Assembly (NCBI GenBank): GCA_963706595.1 | Contig: OY970166.1 | Coordinates: 3,616,001-3,680,000 of the forward strand | Reading direction: 5' to 3' | DNA length: 64,000 nt | Source of the DNA: an uncultured cyanobacterium | Lineage (GTDB): Bacteria; Cyanobacteriota; Cyanobacteriia; Cyanobacteriales; Nostocaceae | Shown here: positions 41,504 to 52,428 of the stretch, one piece after another | Layout: each line of letters starts with the position of its first letter | Numbering within the stretch: position 1 is the first letter of the stretch | The notes under the pieces: model-generated | The model's database searches: none | Told to the model about the DNA's origin: nothing | Seen by the model: the letters and a program-made list of their open reading frames with translations, nothing else | Position numbers and translations under genes: made by a program

Positions 41504-41738
41504 TCCCTACATCTATACTAAATTTATCCTAAAAAACTTCTATGGAAAGTGAAACTCTAATCAAGACTCGGTTATCGTTTATCTGCTGCGACAATTCGAG
41601 CAAGATACCTTAAACAACATATCGGTAAAAGTAATGTTGCGGTTGCTGAAATATATATTCTACGATCTTCAGGTAGAAGGGAATCTTTCGTTTCTAAATC
41701 ACAAAAATTAATTACCTTATAAGCGGGAGCATCGGCCG

Positions 41739-41870
41739 ATGAACCGATGGATACATCCCACACACTACCAGACTCATCAAATCCACAATCGTCGAAAATA
41801 GTAACTTTTGCTCGTATTGGCGTTCGCTCTTATTCTCGAAAAGCAGATTCATCCACGTAGTGTTAAAAAA
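41739..41870 (-). pseudogene. IS4-family transposase N-terminal fragment
   Basis: Minus strand reads WMNLLFENKSERQYEQKLLFSTIVDLMSLVVCGMYPSVH, which resembles cyanobacterial IS4-type transposase N-termini (from recall). Confidence 0.5.
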
Positions 41871-41949
41871 AATCCGGGTTAATGCGGGTAGTTACTCCCT
41901 TTACGCAAAACTTTTTGAGATGGTTGACTCGATTATTAAATTAAAAAAT

Positions 41950-42210
41950 ATGATCTCCTCCGATGCTAGTTTAGAAACTAAATCACCTGACAATACAGTG
42001 CCGAAGTTTAACGTTAATGTCGAGTTTCAAATAGCAAAACTATGGCATCAGAAAGGCAAAATTGATCGGGCGATCGCTGGCTATCGCAAGGTGTTAGCGG
42101 TCAATCCCATGCACTGGTCATCCTTGCTGGCCTTAGATGAATTGTTAACGATCAAAGGAGAAGATCAAACAGCGATCGCCCTATATCGTCAAGCAATTCA
42201 AAACCTTGCA
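41950..42210 (+). pseudogene. truncated TPR protein
   Basis: TPR-like A..W.QKGKID.AIA.Y.K.L..NP and AI.LYRQAI, then runs antisense into the GT2 gene. Confidence 0.55.
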
Positions 42211-42710
42211 GTAATCGAATCGGACCAACCAACTCGGAAAAAAGCTTCCCGACGGATCAGCATCGTTCCAATGTGATAACCAGGCATGATCTCTCTGGGG
42301 ATCTGAATTTTCCGTCTAACTGTTTCATCTAAGTCAGGGCTGTAGAATTGGCGAACCTGTCCTAAAACCATATCTAAGTTCGGATTTGCGGCCAAAGCAG
42401 ACACTTGACGCGCTAGTTTATCCCCCATCCACCGATCATCCGAATCGAGAAAGGCTAAGAAATCTCCTGTTGCTAATTTAATTCCCTGATTTCGAGCTAC
42501 CGCCGCGCCTTGATTTGTTTGATAGTGATAGCGAACCAAGGGAAAACTACGGGCGATTGCTCCCCCACCGTCTGTAGAACCATCATCAACAACAATCACT
42601 TCATCCGGGGTAACGGATTGGGTGAAGATACTTTCCAGCGTCTCGACTAAATAGGCTTCCCGGTTAAAAATCGGAACTATCACACTGATTTTAGGACGGA
42701 CATTGTTCAT
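42198..42710 (-). pseudogene. glycosyltransferase family 2, C-terminally truncated
   Basis: ISVIVP.FN, VDDGSTD, ARN.G, FLDSDD; ends after FFRVG, whereas the paralog at 46959 continues about 75 aa. Confidence 0.65.
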
Positions 42711-42773
42711 TTGTTTGTCAATACTTCTTCGGTGGTATATTGGTATGATACAAGTTAAAAATTCAGCTTAATA

Positions 42774-43883
42774 GTGTCTAGTCATATTGTTAAAAATCTC
42801 TATCCTGAAACAGAATTGATTTTATCTTGCGCTCGCACTCACATATCCGATGGTCTAGCGGAGCAAATCCAGTATCAAATCCAACAGGATATAGACTGGA
42901 ATTACTTGTTATCAATGGCAGAAAAGCATCGCGTTATACCTTTGCTATACCACAGTCTTAAGGTTGTCAGCCCCCAGAAAATTCCCACGGAAATTAGCAC
43001 TAATTTAAGAATGCGCTTTTTGGGAAATACGCGAACGAATTTAATATTGACCAATGAAATGCTGCGTTTGTTAGATATTTTTGCCACAAATAATATTAAT
43101 GTTATTCCCTACAAAGGCACAATTTTATCTGCTTGTTTTTATGGTAAAACATCCTTCAGGCAGGTATGGGACATTGATATTCTCGTCGATGAAACAGATG
43201 TTTCCAAAAGTAGAGAATTATTACTATCGGAAGAATATATAATTAAAACTGGTTATGATCGAGAACAGACTTTTTACCATCCTCAGAAAAAAATAGAAGT
43301 AGATTTACACTGGGGTTTGACTCCCTATTATTTCCCGGTCAACCTAGAGTTTAAAAAACTATGGTCAAGAACAAAATCCTATCCACTTTCAGGTGTTGAG
43401 GTGAAAAGTTTCTGCCCAGAAGATTTATTGATTATCCTCTGTCTTCAAGTAGCTAAAGACTGTTGGGAAAGACGGCAACATCTGGAGCAGTTAGCTAAAG
43501 TTTGTGATATTGCAGAGTTGTTGAGAAGTTGCCCAGAATTAGACTGGTTAGATGTGATTAATGAGGCTCGTGGGCGAGGTTTAGAAAGAATACTGCACTT
43601 TGGTTTATATCTTGCCAAAACCCTTCTAGAAGCTGATATACCTGAGATTATTTGGATTGAAGTTCAAGGTGATAATTATGCGATTTCTTTAGCTTATCAA
43701 GTTTGCTCTCAATTATTTGGAGAAATCGATAATACTGTTACTAACCCTAATGATAATTCTATTTTCAATCTAAAATTTAGACTCAAACAATTAGTCTTTT
43801 ATTTGCAGATGAGAGAACGTCCTCAAGACTGGGTGAAGCATTTTCTAGTAATTGCAGGACTTACGCACAGAAGTTATCTGTGA
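42774..43883 (+). CDS. nucleotidyltransferase family protein (NTP_transf_5-like)
   Basis: DW..L...A.KH.V.PL, KG..L...Y......R...DIDILV, VDLHW, PED. Confidence 0.8.
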   Translation: MSSHIVKNLYPETELILSCARTHISDGLAEQIQYQIQQDIDWNYLLSMAEKHRVIPLLYHSLKVVSPQKIPTEISTNLRMRFLGNTRTNLILTNEMLRLLDIFATNNINVIPYKGTILSACFYGKTSFRQVWDIDILVDETDVSKSRELLLSEEYIIKTGYDREQTFYHPQKKIEVDLHWGLTPYYFPVNLEFKKLWSRTKSYPLSGVEVKSFCPEDLLIILCLQVAKDCWERRQHLEQLAKVCDIAELLRSCPELDWLDVINEARGRGLERILHFGLYLAKTLLEADIPEIIWIEVQGDNYAISLAYQVCSQLFGEIDNTVTNPNDNSIFNLKFRLKQLVFYLQMRERPQDWVKHFLVIAGLTHRSYL

Positions 43884-44151
43884 GGATAAAGTGTAGGGGT
43901 GTAAGGGTTTTACTCTTGTACATTTTTAACTTTTCATCTTCTGCCTTGTCATAACGACAATTTTTAACAACGACCTACTTAAATAAAGATTTTCAGGTTC
44001 AGAAAATAAAAGATGCAAGAAAAAAGGTAAAATAAGTAAAAATCCTTAAATCAAGGTGCATCAAGACGTACAAAAAAAAGCGACAAGATATGTTGTATTA
44101 CACCGAAGATACCCTCTATCAAATGTTAAGTAATATTTCGCCAGTGGTATC

Positions 44152-45318
44152 ATGATTTTCTGGAAAAAAAGGTCAATTTTACTCATTTCGACTTTCATAC
44201 TCCTTGGTATCAGTTTAGCTTACTTGGGCAAAGGATTTTATATGCTAGCTTTTGCTGGCAGTCAGGAGGGTGCGGGAGATTTGTTAGAACGCTGGAAAGA
44301 GCAACAGTATATTTATTTAAACACTTATCCTTATTACATGGACAGCGCAGATATCGATCCGCGATTAGGGAAAGTTATTTCGGGAGGATATCCGCCTTGG
44401 GCTTTTTTCACGGGATTTTTCATATTTCCTAATATTTCTTGGACATTAACGTGTTTCTATCAAGTTTTCTTAAATATCTTATCTCTTGGTATTTTGAGTC
44501 GATTCGCCTATCAAATAGGCTTACCGTTCGGCCAAATTTCCGCTTATTTTTTCGTTGCGTCTTGTCTAGCAATTAGTAGTCATTCTACTACGCTCGGTCT
44601 TGGTCAGTATGGCATTATCATTAATGCGTTCCTGATTAGTGTTTACTATTGTGTTCAAACGAGGAAAAATATTCTTGCTGGTATCTTCATGGGAATAGCT
44701 CTAGCCAAACCGAATATTTCTGCACCTTATATCTTAAGTCTCATTATCCATCGTCGGCTCAAACCAGTATTTATCGCTTTTGCTTATATTATTTCTGCGA
44801 CCTTTTATATCGCTTGGTTGACAAAGCTAGATTTTGTTAATGTCTTTTCCCGGTTTTTAAAGCAAATTAAATATGTAGCTGATGATGGCTTTTCAGGCAT
44901 TAATATTCTGATCAATTTGGGAATTAATCAAGAGATTGCTATTTTATTATTAATTGCGATCACAACGGGTGTAAGTATTGTGGTTTTCCAAAAACTACGA
45001 CATACCTCCCTGTTAACACTTTTCGCATCCGCATCCGTCATCGGTCGAGTATTCATCTATCATCGTGTCTATGATGATTTAATGTTAGTTTTTTTGCTAT
45101 TAGCTTTATTACAACTCGCTTTCCAAGTTCCCAATCGGTATAATATCGGTAGCGTTTTCTTGCTTGGGTTAACTCTATGGATTCCTGCGAGTCTGCAAAA
45201 TCTCATTCCTTATTGGTCTAGTTTTCAACTGTTGGTTTGGCTAAGTTTGCTATTCTACTTATTAAGTAATTCATTAACTAATAAAAGTGGAGAATCTCAG
45301 AGCAAGAGTCCATTTTAA
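44152..45318 (+). CDS. membrane glycosyltransferase, GT87/DUF2029-like
   Basis: YPP, GQ, AG....IA..KP, YHR.YD; polytopic membrane protein. Confidence 0.7.
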   Translation: MIFWKKRSILLISTFILLGISLAYLGKGFYMLAFAGSQEGAGDLLERWKEQQYIYLNTYPYYMDSADIDPRLGKVISGGYPPWAFFTGFFIFPNISWTLTCFYQVFLNILSLGILSRFAYQIGLPFGQISAYFFVASCLAISSHSTTLGLGQYGIIINAFLISVYYCVQTRKNILAGIFMGIALAKPNISAPYILSLIIHRRLKPVFIAFAYIISATFYIAWLTKLDFVNVFSRFLKQIKYVADDGFSGINILINLGINQEIAILLLIAITTGVSIVVFQKLRHTSLLTLFASASVIGRVFIYHRVYDDLMLVFLLLALLQLAFQVPNRYNIGSVFLLGLTLWIPASLQNLIPYWSSFQLLVWLSLLFYLLSNSLTNKSGESQSKSPF

Positions 45319-45444
45319 CAGCAGTTACTAACCATTATATAAAACCTACTCAAATCTACTTTGAGCAGGGAGAAAATGTAACTGAATACTGCTGTCACTT
45401 GCAACTCGCTCCAATCAACGGGTTAAATTAGGGATTCTTCTTTC

Positions 45445-45725
45445 TTTTATATGACGCAAGTGCCAATACCGCCGTCATTGAATGTATTGCTAGGGCAACT
45501 CCTTTGTTAGTCAACCCTTTATCGGCGATTGTGGAATATTTAGGAGAAAATTACCCCCTGTACTTCAATACCCTAGAGGAAGCGGCAGAAAAAGCGATGG
45601 ATCTAGAACTCCTTCGTCAAGCTACTGAATATTTAAAACACTGTGAAACCCGACAGAAACTATCTGCGGAGTATTTCCTACAAAGTTTCCAAAACAGTGA
45701 AGTATACCAACGCATCAAGCTATAG
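45445..45725 (+). pseudogene. C-terminal fragment of a glycosyltransferase-like gene
   Basis: LYDASANTAVIECIARATPLLVNPL...YLGENYPLYF with no N-terminal part or start context. Confidence 0.55.
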
Positions 45726-45783
45726 TGCGTGTGATAAAAGATTCAAGATTTGATGGAATAGAAATAGTCAGCAGGATGGGAAT

Positions 45784-46946
45784 ATGGAAACAACCAAGGA
45801 GTCCTTGTCTCAAGCGGTTGAGCAACAGATGAAACTCGCCCAAGTATGGCAAAACAGAGGAAAAATTACCCATGCGATCGCCAATTACGAAAAAGCGATT
45901 CAACTGCAACCAGATTATCTACCCCCTTATCTCCACCTCGTGCAATTACTTGTGCAAACGGGACAGACACAACAAGCCATAGATACTTACCGGCAAGGAA
46001 TAGAAACAGCGATCGCCAAAGTTTGGTTTCCGCCCCATCAAGCCAGGGAAGAGTATCGAAAAGCACTCAAACAACGGCAAGAAATCGGCCAAGCACCAAG
46101 AGTTTTACTTTATACTAATTGTCCTGGAACTTATGGAGCAGAACAAATCAGTCACGCGCTCATGCTTCGACTTGTGAACTCAGGGTATGAAGTAATCTGC
46201 GTTCAAAGTCAAGCGGATCATCATTTGATTCAAGCTAGACAAGCTCTGGGTATCGAACATATCTGGCTGAAAGATGACGCATATCAATTTGGTTATACCG
46301 TCGGCAATGCTTTGGAAGTAGCGGAAATCAATATCTTGGTATTCCCTGGGATGGGGTGGTGATCTTCACGGCTGCAAGGATGTATCCAGTTAAAGGGTAT
46401 CAACATCAGGTGGAGGCGATTAAACAACTCCGACATCTGCCAATTTGGTCACGGCTTTATTTTGTTTGGGCTGGTTCTGGAGCTTTACCAGTGCAACTGC
46501 AAGCAGATTTAGAAGCACTAGGAGTTGGTGAGCAGGTAAAATTCCTGGGAGAGCGAGCAGATATTCCAGATTTACTAGCGGCGGCAGATATTTTTTTATT
46601 GCCCTCTCACGTTGAAGGAATGCCCTTAGCAATTATGGAGGCGATGGCCAAAGGTTTGCCCGTCGTTGCCTCGGCTATCAGTGGCATTCCAGAGGAATTG
46701 GGAGATACTGGCAAACTGCTATCAGATCCAACTATCAATGCGCCAGCGACGGTACAAGAGATTGTGGAGATAATTCAGAAATGGGTTTTGGATAGCGATG
46801 TGCGTCTGCTGGCAGGACATAACTGCCAACAAAGAGCGATGGAGATGTTTCGAGAGGAAAGAATGCTAGATAGCTACGAAAAGGTAATTCAAGGGACTAT
46901 CTATCAAGAACTTTACCGAAAAACGAGCCAAAGCCCCTGGCTTTAG
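45784..46946 (+). pseudogene. TPR + glycosyltransferase family 4 gene with internal deletion and frameshift near 46328
   Basis: TPR and GT4 N-domain start (YGAEQ) in one frame; QYLGIPWDGVVIFTAAR...KG...EGMPLAIMEAMA in another; the middle of the N-domain is missing. Confidence 0.7.
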
Positions 46947-46958
46947 ACATGGGGAGTG

Positions 46959-47714
46959 TCAATCTGGTGGCTGACCGCAGTAGCTCATCCAGGAGATGGC
47001 GGGAGTATGTTTTTCTTTCCCCCTCGCCCGCATACGATCAATATGACGTTTGTATATCTTGAGCATTCCGTGATGTATCAGACCTTTTTGTTCTAAGGTC
47101 ATATTGCGATCGTGTTTTCGGTAATACAACATGACTCTAGGGATAACCAATTTATGAATATTGTTTTCCCAAGCGCGGATAAACCAATCCGTATCTTCGT
47201 TATCGTGTAGTTTGGGGTCAAATAAACCCACTTGATCAAATACCGCACGACGGTAGAGGGCGCTTCCCAAATTAATAAACTGATAGGGTTTAAAAATGGG
47301 TTGGAACTGATAAGAATTATTATCCAGAGAACCTGTTTCCATTTGCATTCGCTGGATCAATCCCTGAACAATTCCTACTTCGGGATGAGCTACTAAATAA
47401 TCGGCAAATTCGGTTAAAATTCCCTCTTCCCATAAATCATCAACATCGAGAAAGGCGATCGCTTCTCCCCGTGCGTTTTCAATCCCAAGATTGCGAGCAG
47501 CGGAAGGTCCTTGATTGGTTTGATAGATGTAGTGAATTGTATCCTGAAATTCAGCAGCGATTTCGGCAGTGCGATCAGTAGAACCATCATCGACAACAAT
47601 AATTTCCAAGGGCTGATATTTTTGCCCTTGAATATTCTCAATTGCCTGAATTAAAAATCTCTCTCCGTTATAAACCGGAAGAATAACACTGATAGATAAA
47701 TTCTCTCGTTCCAT
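46959..47714 (-). CDS. glycosyltransferase family 2
   Basis: ISVILPVYN, VDDGSTD, FLDVDD, ED.DW..R. Confidence 0.9.
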   Translation of the reverse strand: MERENLSISVILPVYNGERFLIQAIENIQGQKYQPLEIIVVDDGSTDRTAEIAAEFQDTIHYIYQTNQGPSAARNLGIENARGEAIAFLDVDDLWEEGILTEFADYLVAHPEVGIVQGLIQRMQMETGSLDNNSYQFQPIFKPYQFINLGSALYRRAVFDQVGLFDPKLHDNEDTDWFIRAWENNIHKLVIPRVMLYYRKHDRNMTLEQKGLIHHGMLKIYKRHIDRMRARGKEKHTPAISWMSYCGQPPD

Positions 47715-47791
47715 AGTATGATAAAAATATATATCCTAACTATTCTGTCTATAATAATATTAGACAAATTACCGATTTTTAAGTTTTTAAT

Positions 47792-48634
47792 TTAATCTTC
47801 AAAGAATATCGCCCAAGGGGTATTTGCAAATTTTTCTTTTAACTCAAAATAATTAGATATAGATTGAGAAAGAGGTAGGTAAGATTGTTTGACTGTAGCA
47901 GGTTTTAAATGCTCATATTCCAATTCGAGAAATTCTTGAACTCGTTTTCTTTCCCGCTCGCAATCTTCAGATAATTCTTCATAAAAAACATCTATTTTTT
48001 GATGTTTATTAAAGAATAAATCGTGTTTATTCATATTCGCTTGCGTGCCATTAAAATACTCAACACATTCTTCATAAGTTAGTGAAACTGTAACCTGCTT
48101 GGGTTCTTCGGTGATACTATCTTGATTGTTTAAGATCCATTGATCGGTTAGAAAAGCCTTTTTTAAGGACAGCAATGTTCTCAGCATATTTTTTCTTTTA
48201 AGATGAATAATTTTTATATCCTGTTGGTTTTGCAAGCAACGCCATACAGATTTTCTGTAACCTTCTCTAGCATGATAATAAAAAATTTTAAATCCTACTG
48301 CTGAAACCGATGAAGCATATTCTTTAAAAACTTCTGTTGCTAGAAATTTTTGAGGATTTTTGTTCCTCATAGCTACCAAGTGACTAGATCGAGAATCTTG
48401 CCCGTATTCGGGTCTATCCCATCCGATAGCATCAGCATCTCTGAATAATTCTCCATAAGTAATTACTTGACTGTGTGAATTTAGTAAACCGAGTAGCAAA
48501 TTCGATCCTGACCTTCCCTGTGAAACGACAACGAATTTACAATGTTGTAACCGGGTACTAAATACTTCTAAATCTCTTAATAAACTAGTTAAAAACTGAC
48601 ATCTACTTTTTATTTTTTTAAGTATTTCTCTCAT
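47792..48634 (-). CDS. sulfotransferase (Stf0-like)
   Basis: PAPS loop GRSGSNLL, GFKIFY, HLKR.N.L...LS, FYEEL. Confidence 0.8.
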   Translation of the reverse strand: MREILKKIKSRCQFLTSLLRDLEVFSTRLQHCKFVVVSQGRSGSNLLLGLLNSHSQVITYGELFRDADAIGWDRPEYGQDSRSSHLVAMRNKNPQKFLATEVFKEYASSVSAVGFKIFYYHAREGYRKSVWRCLQNQQDIKIIHLKRKNMLRTLLSLKKAFLTDQWILNNQDSITEEPKQVTVSLTYEECVEYFNGTQANMNKHDLFFNKHQKIDVFYEELSEDCERERKRVQEFLELEYEHLKPATVKQSYLPLSQSISNYFELKEKFANTPWAIFFED

Positions 48635-48651
48635 TTTTTTTCATCTCCTAA

Positions 48652-49812
48652 TTACTCTAAAAACTCTAAAATTACTCGTGGGATCTGAGTAATATCAGTG
48701 CCTAATTCCAAGGTGTAACAGGGGATTTTTTTCACCAAGCTAGACATCATTTCTAGCGTACTTTGTCCAGTGCCAGAAAGCTGGAATAGGGTACTAGGAG
48801 CGAGAGATTTAAGGGCGTGGATGGGCGTGGATTTACGCAATCTTGTATTTGGTTCTTCGGTAATTTTCGGAATTAAAATCGCTTTAAGAGGAAAGCCCAT
48901 TACAATCTTTTCAGGAAAGTTTTCTTTGAGAAAGATCAGAGCTTTTTCTTCATCTAGGCGATCGCTATTACTGACCAAAGGTGCTAATTCTGGAAACCGC
49001 TCTAGATCCTTAGCTCCCTTGAGTTTGGCGGTATTATACAGACTGTAAACATAAGGAACGGGATCGGTGGACACCAGACAGTAATCATCGCTGGCATAAG
49101 TTAGATCGGATTTTAGGCAGGCCAGAGCCGAGGTAGATTTCCCCGATCCGCCTTTTGCCGTTAGCAAAACGCCTCCATCGCTTGTTCCCACGGCTGCGGC
49201 GTGAACGTACTGGCGGTTTTGGCTGCTTGTCCACCAATTGAGGAGGGTTTGTAAAGGAGAACCCCGCTCCCAATAGGGCAGTCCATCTGCGTCTGCCAGC
49301 CAGTATAAACCGATATTTCGCTTGCTGTCTAGGGAGCTGAAAATATTTGGACCGATGTTGTAGCGGGCTTGGAAGCGATCGCTACACAACGGCTTGACAT
49401 TCTGGCGGGGATCTAAATACTCGTGCCAGTACCAGTGGAATACATTGAGGAAAGCCGGCATTAATCCGGGTAATCGAGTTTTGGTCGAGACATTATCCCA
49501 AACGCAGATTGTCAGAGAGGGCTGTTCGGTGGGTAGGACTTCCAGATGGGAAATGGCACGGGTGAGCGCGTCAGCCATATTCTGGGTTGCAAAGATCAAG
49601 CAGATGGTATAGCCGCCGATACTGAAGAAACGATCAATCGTTCCCGTTGCTTCCGTAACCCGATGAAACCAACTGTGCAACGTATCGAAAAAGGACAGGC
49701 GATCGCTTTCCGTGAAGTGCTGTAAAACTTTCTGCTGCTCCAAGTGCCACGCGAATGGCTCGACATCAACATAGCGGAACATCCAGTCTAAAGTATCCCG
49801 ATCCATCTGCAT
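48652..49812 (-). CDS. HPr kinase-like (serine kinase) protein
   Basis: VHAAAVG, Walker A KGGSGKST, SDDY. Confidence 0.8.
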   Translation of the reverse strand: MQMDRDTLDWMFRYVDVEPFAWHLEQQKVLQHFTESDRLSFFDTLHSWFHRVTEATGTIDRFFSIGGYTICLIFATQNMADALTRAISHLEVLPTEQPSLTICVWDNVSTKTRLPGLMPAFLNVFHWYWHEYLDPRQNVKPLCSDRFQARYNIGPNIFSSLDSKRNIGLYWLADADGLPYWERGSPLQTLLNWWTSSQNRQYVHAAAVGTSDGGVLLTAKGGSGKSTSALACLKSDLTYASDDYCLVSTDPVPYVYSLYNTAKLKGAKDLERFPELAPLVSNSDRLDEEKALIFLKENFPEKIVMGFPLKAILIPKITEEPNTRLRKSTPIHALKSLAPSTLFQLSGTGQSTLEMMSSLVKKIPCYTLELGTDITQIPRVILEFLE

Positions 49813-49825
49813 CCTCTTTTTAAGT

Positions 49826-50569
49826 TTAAGTTTTTTTAACTAACGCTAAATACTGTTCAACAACGGTCGTAGGTTCGCCCTCAGACTGAATCCGTCCCCG
49901 ATTTAGCCAGATTGTGCGATCGCATAGTTCTGCAATCTGATCGGTATTGTGGGAAATCAGCACCACCGCGCAACCGTTGGTTTTCATTTGGGTAATACGC
50001 TCAATACATTTCAATTGAAAAGCCTTGTCTCCGACTGACAGGTATTCGTCCACCAGCAGGATCTCTGGGTGCGTGTGAACAGCGATCGCAAACGCTAGAC
50101 GCATCCTCATTCCCGTACTATAGGTGCGAACTGGCTGGTCAATAAATTCCGATAGTTCGGCGAATGCAATGATCGCATCAAATTGCTGTCGCACCTCACG
50201 TTCTAACAATCCTGCCACGACCGCGTTCACAAATACATTATCCCGTCCGGTTAGATCGGGATGAAACCCCGCGCCGAGATCAAGGAGCGCCCCCACGCGG
50301 CCGTTAAGTATTACCTTTCCTTCCTCTGGTCGCCCAACTTTTCCCAGCAACCGCAACAGTGTAGATTTGCCCGCACCGTTGCGGCCGATTACTCCCAGCA
50401 TTTCCCCGCAACTGACTTGAAAACTCACCTCTCGCAAAGCCCAGAAGTAATCGCGGGCTTTCATTCCCCGTCCGCCGGTAAGTACTGCTTCCATGATGGT
50501 GCGGGGTTTCCCTGGAGTGTAGCACTGAAATCGCTTGCCTAAATTCCTCACAGTAATGGCTGTTTCCAT
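49826..50569 (-). CDS. polysaccharide ABC exporter ATP-binding subunit (Wzt-like)
   Basis: GRNGAGKST, YSTGMRMRL.FA, DE.LSVGD. Confidence 0.92.
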   Translation of the reverse strand: METAITVRNLGKRFQCYTPGKPRTIMEAVLTGGRGMKARDYFWALREVSFQVSCGEMLGVIGRNGAGKSTLLRLLGKVGRPEEGKVILNGRVGALLDLGAGFHPDLTGRDNVFVNAVVAGLLEREVRQQFDAIIAFAELSEFIDQPVRTYSTGMRMRLAFAIAVHTHPEILLVDEYLSVGDKAFQLKCIERITQMKTNGCAVVLISHNTDQIAELCDRTIWLNRGRIQSEGEPTTVVEQYLALVKKT

Positions 50570-51373
50570 CTATATTTTCTCCACAAAGCGATCGCTCTGG
50601 GCGATAAAGTAGCCCCGTCCGATCACAAATAGCCCTAGCGCCCCGACTCCAATACCCAGGAGCGGCAACCAATTAGGTTGAGCATCTTGCAGCAGGACTG
50701 CACGATAGGCGGATACGAGATGGGACATGGGATTGAGCCAGTACCAGAATTGATAGCGATCAGGAATCACACTGATATCGTAAAAGATCGGGGTCGCATA
50801 AAACAGAAGTTGCAACAGTACGCCGACAGTGTATTTCGTGTCGTAGAAGGAGACGCTAGTTGCTGCCAGAATATAGGACAGTCCGGCGGTGAATCCCAAT
50901 TGCAGAAGCATTAAAACAGGTAACTGCCAAATGTCTGATTGCAGCGTTACCCCATCTATGAGCAGGAAGAGGAGCAAAACGGGCAAGGCCAACACAAAAT
51001 GAATCATGTGAACGAGGATCGTCACAATCGGTAGGATGATACTGGGAAACCCCGGCTGACGGATTAATGTTGCATTAGCGTTAATTACTCCGGTTGCTTC
51101 GGTTAACGAAGCCTGAAACCAAGTCCAGACCATCAACCCACAGAACACTGACGAAGCGTAGTGGGGAATACTCAGTTTTAGCACCGAGCGAAAGACCGTG
51201 GCGAACACCAGTAGTTGTGACAAGGGGTTCAACAGTGTCCAAGCGATACCGAGAACTGATCGCTTGTACCGAACTTTCAGTTCCCGTCCGACCAATTGAT
51301 AGATAAGATCGCGCAGATGTAAAACCTCTCGCCGGGAAAGTTGAGGAAACAAACCTCTGTGGACTACCTTCAT
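50570..51373 (-). CDS. polysaccharide ABC exporter permease (Wzm-like)
   Basis: RELKVRYKRSVLG..W.LLNP, TPIFY, LNPM; ATG at 51373 overlaps the upstream stop (ATGA). Confidence 0.9.
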   Translation of the reverse strand: MKVVHRGLFPQLSRREVLHLRDLIYQLVGRELKVRYKRSVLGIAWTLLNPLSQLLVFATVFRSVLKLSIPHYASSVFCGLMVWTWFQASLTEATGVINANATLIRQPGFPSIILPIVTILVHMIHFVLALPVLLLFLLIDGVTLQSDIWQLPVLMLLQLGFTAGLSYILAATSVSFYDTKYTVGVLLQLLFYATPIFYDISVIPDRYQFWYWLNPMSHLVSAYRAVLLQDAQPNWLPLLGIGVGALGLFVIGRGYFIAQSDRFVEKI

Positions 51374-52428
51374 CGCTGGAAGTCCCCCACCAATAGCTGT
51401 TTCCATTGCTGGCGTAGTCGTAATAACTGAGCTTTGAGGAGGAGTAATTTGCGATCGCTTGCTAAGTTGTATTCCAATAGCTCGTAGTAGGATATCGCCA
51501 TCCTGTTCAAACTCGGTAGCACCCAAGTCGGTGGGGATAAATTCAGGACTTCTTGCAGTTCGCTTAATAAATACCGCAGGGGCAAAACTATTTCGTAATG
51601 TTGCGCTCGCGTTACCAACTTTACCCAACGAGCTTCTTCCGAAAGAGAATTGACGAGGGCAGCAGCATCCGCAAGCCAATAAATTGGCCTCTGTGCTTGT
51701 CGGTTGTTTTGGAGACTGAGGTGTAATAGCTGATCAATCGGATTGAGGACGAGTGTGGGAAAGTTACTGATCTCAGTAGCAATGGCATCCATCCATAGCC
51801 GCTCATCTGTGTATGACTGCGGTTCAGCTTGAAAAAGATGATTGTGTAAATAGAGGGGGACAGAGAGCGTGGTTTTCGGTGATGTAGTTTGCCATAACGT
51901 TAGGGGGGTCTTGCCAAAGCGTTCGCCTGGTTGCGGTCTATAGGAATTCGACCAACCTAGTCGTTGTAGGCTATCGAGTACCGCTAGAGTTTGGCTACAG
52001 GGTACGAACAGATCAAGCCGATCAATGGGACGATGACCATAATCCGGGTAAATGGTAGACATCAGTGCCATTTCTCCCAGCATCAGAGAACGTATACCCT
52101 CCGCCTGTAATGCTTGTAAAACTTCAACAAAAGACTGTGCTAATAATTGATTGACGTACCAAGTGCGACGGTATACCCCTTTTAGACGATTAATGTGGGG
52201 ATCTTCCACACCATGCCTCACAAGGTTAGGATAGAGCATACTTAAGAGATGGTGCGATTCGGGATCAAGAGTTTCGATATCTACCGAGTTCCGCCACTGC
52301 TGCCATGCTTCTAGGGCGGGCTGTTCTCGTAAAATCGCCGCTTTTAATAGCGATCTATGCATTTTTGATGGGGGAGATTGGGAAGGACTGCTTGCGTGGG
52401 AAACTGTCTTGGCGGGCGCAATGGTCAT
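51370..52428 (-). CDS. nucleotidyltransferase family protein (NTP_transf_5-like, degenerate motifs)
   Basis: RLKGVYRRTWY.NQ, LGE.AL....Y.D.G.RP...LDL.VP, P.DQLLH, WLAD. Confidence 0.7.
   Translation of the reverse strand: MTIAPAKTVSHASSPSQSPPSKMHRSLLKAAILREQPALEAWQQWRNSVDIETLDPESHHLLSMLYPNLVRHGVEDPHINRLKGVYRRTWYVNQLLAQSFVEVLQALQAEGIRSLMLGEMALMSTIYPDYGHRPIDRLDLFVPCSQTLAVLDSLQRLGWSNSYRPQPGERFGKTPLTLWQTTSPKTTLSVPLYLHNHLFQAEPQSYTDERLWMDAIATEISNFPTLVLNPIDQLLHLSLQNNRQAQRPIYWLADAAALVNSLSEEARWVKLVTRAQHYEIVLPLRYLLSELQEVLNLSPPTWVLPSLNRMAISYYELLEYNLASDRKLLLLKAQLLRLRQQWKQLLVGDFQR

Noticed and set aside
51374..51679. N-terminal extension of the Wzm ORF given in the track
   Set aside because: It overlaps the upstream nucleotidyltransferase gene; the ATGA overlap at 51370-51373 is the better start.
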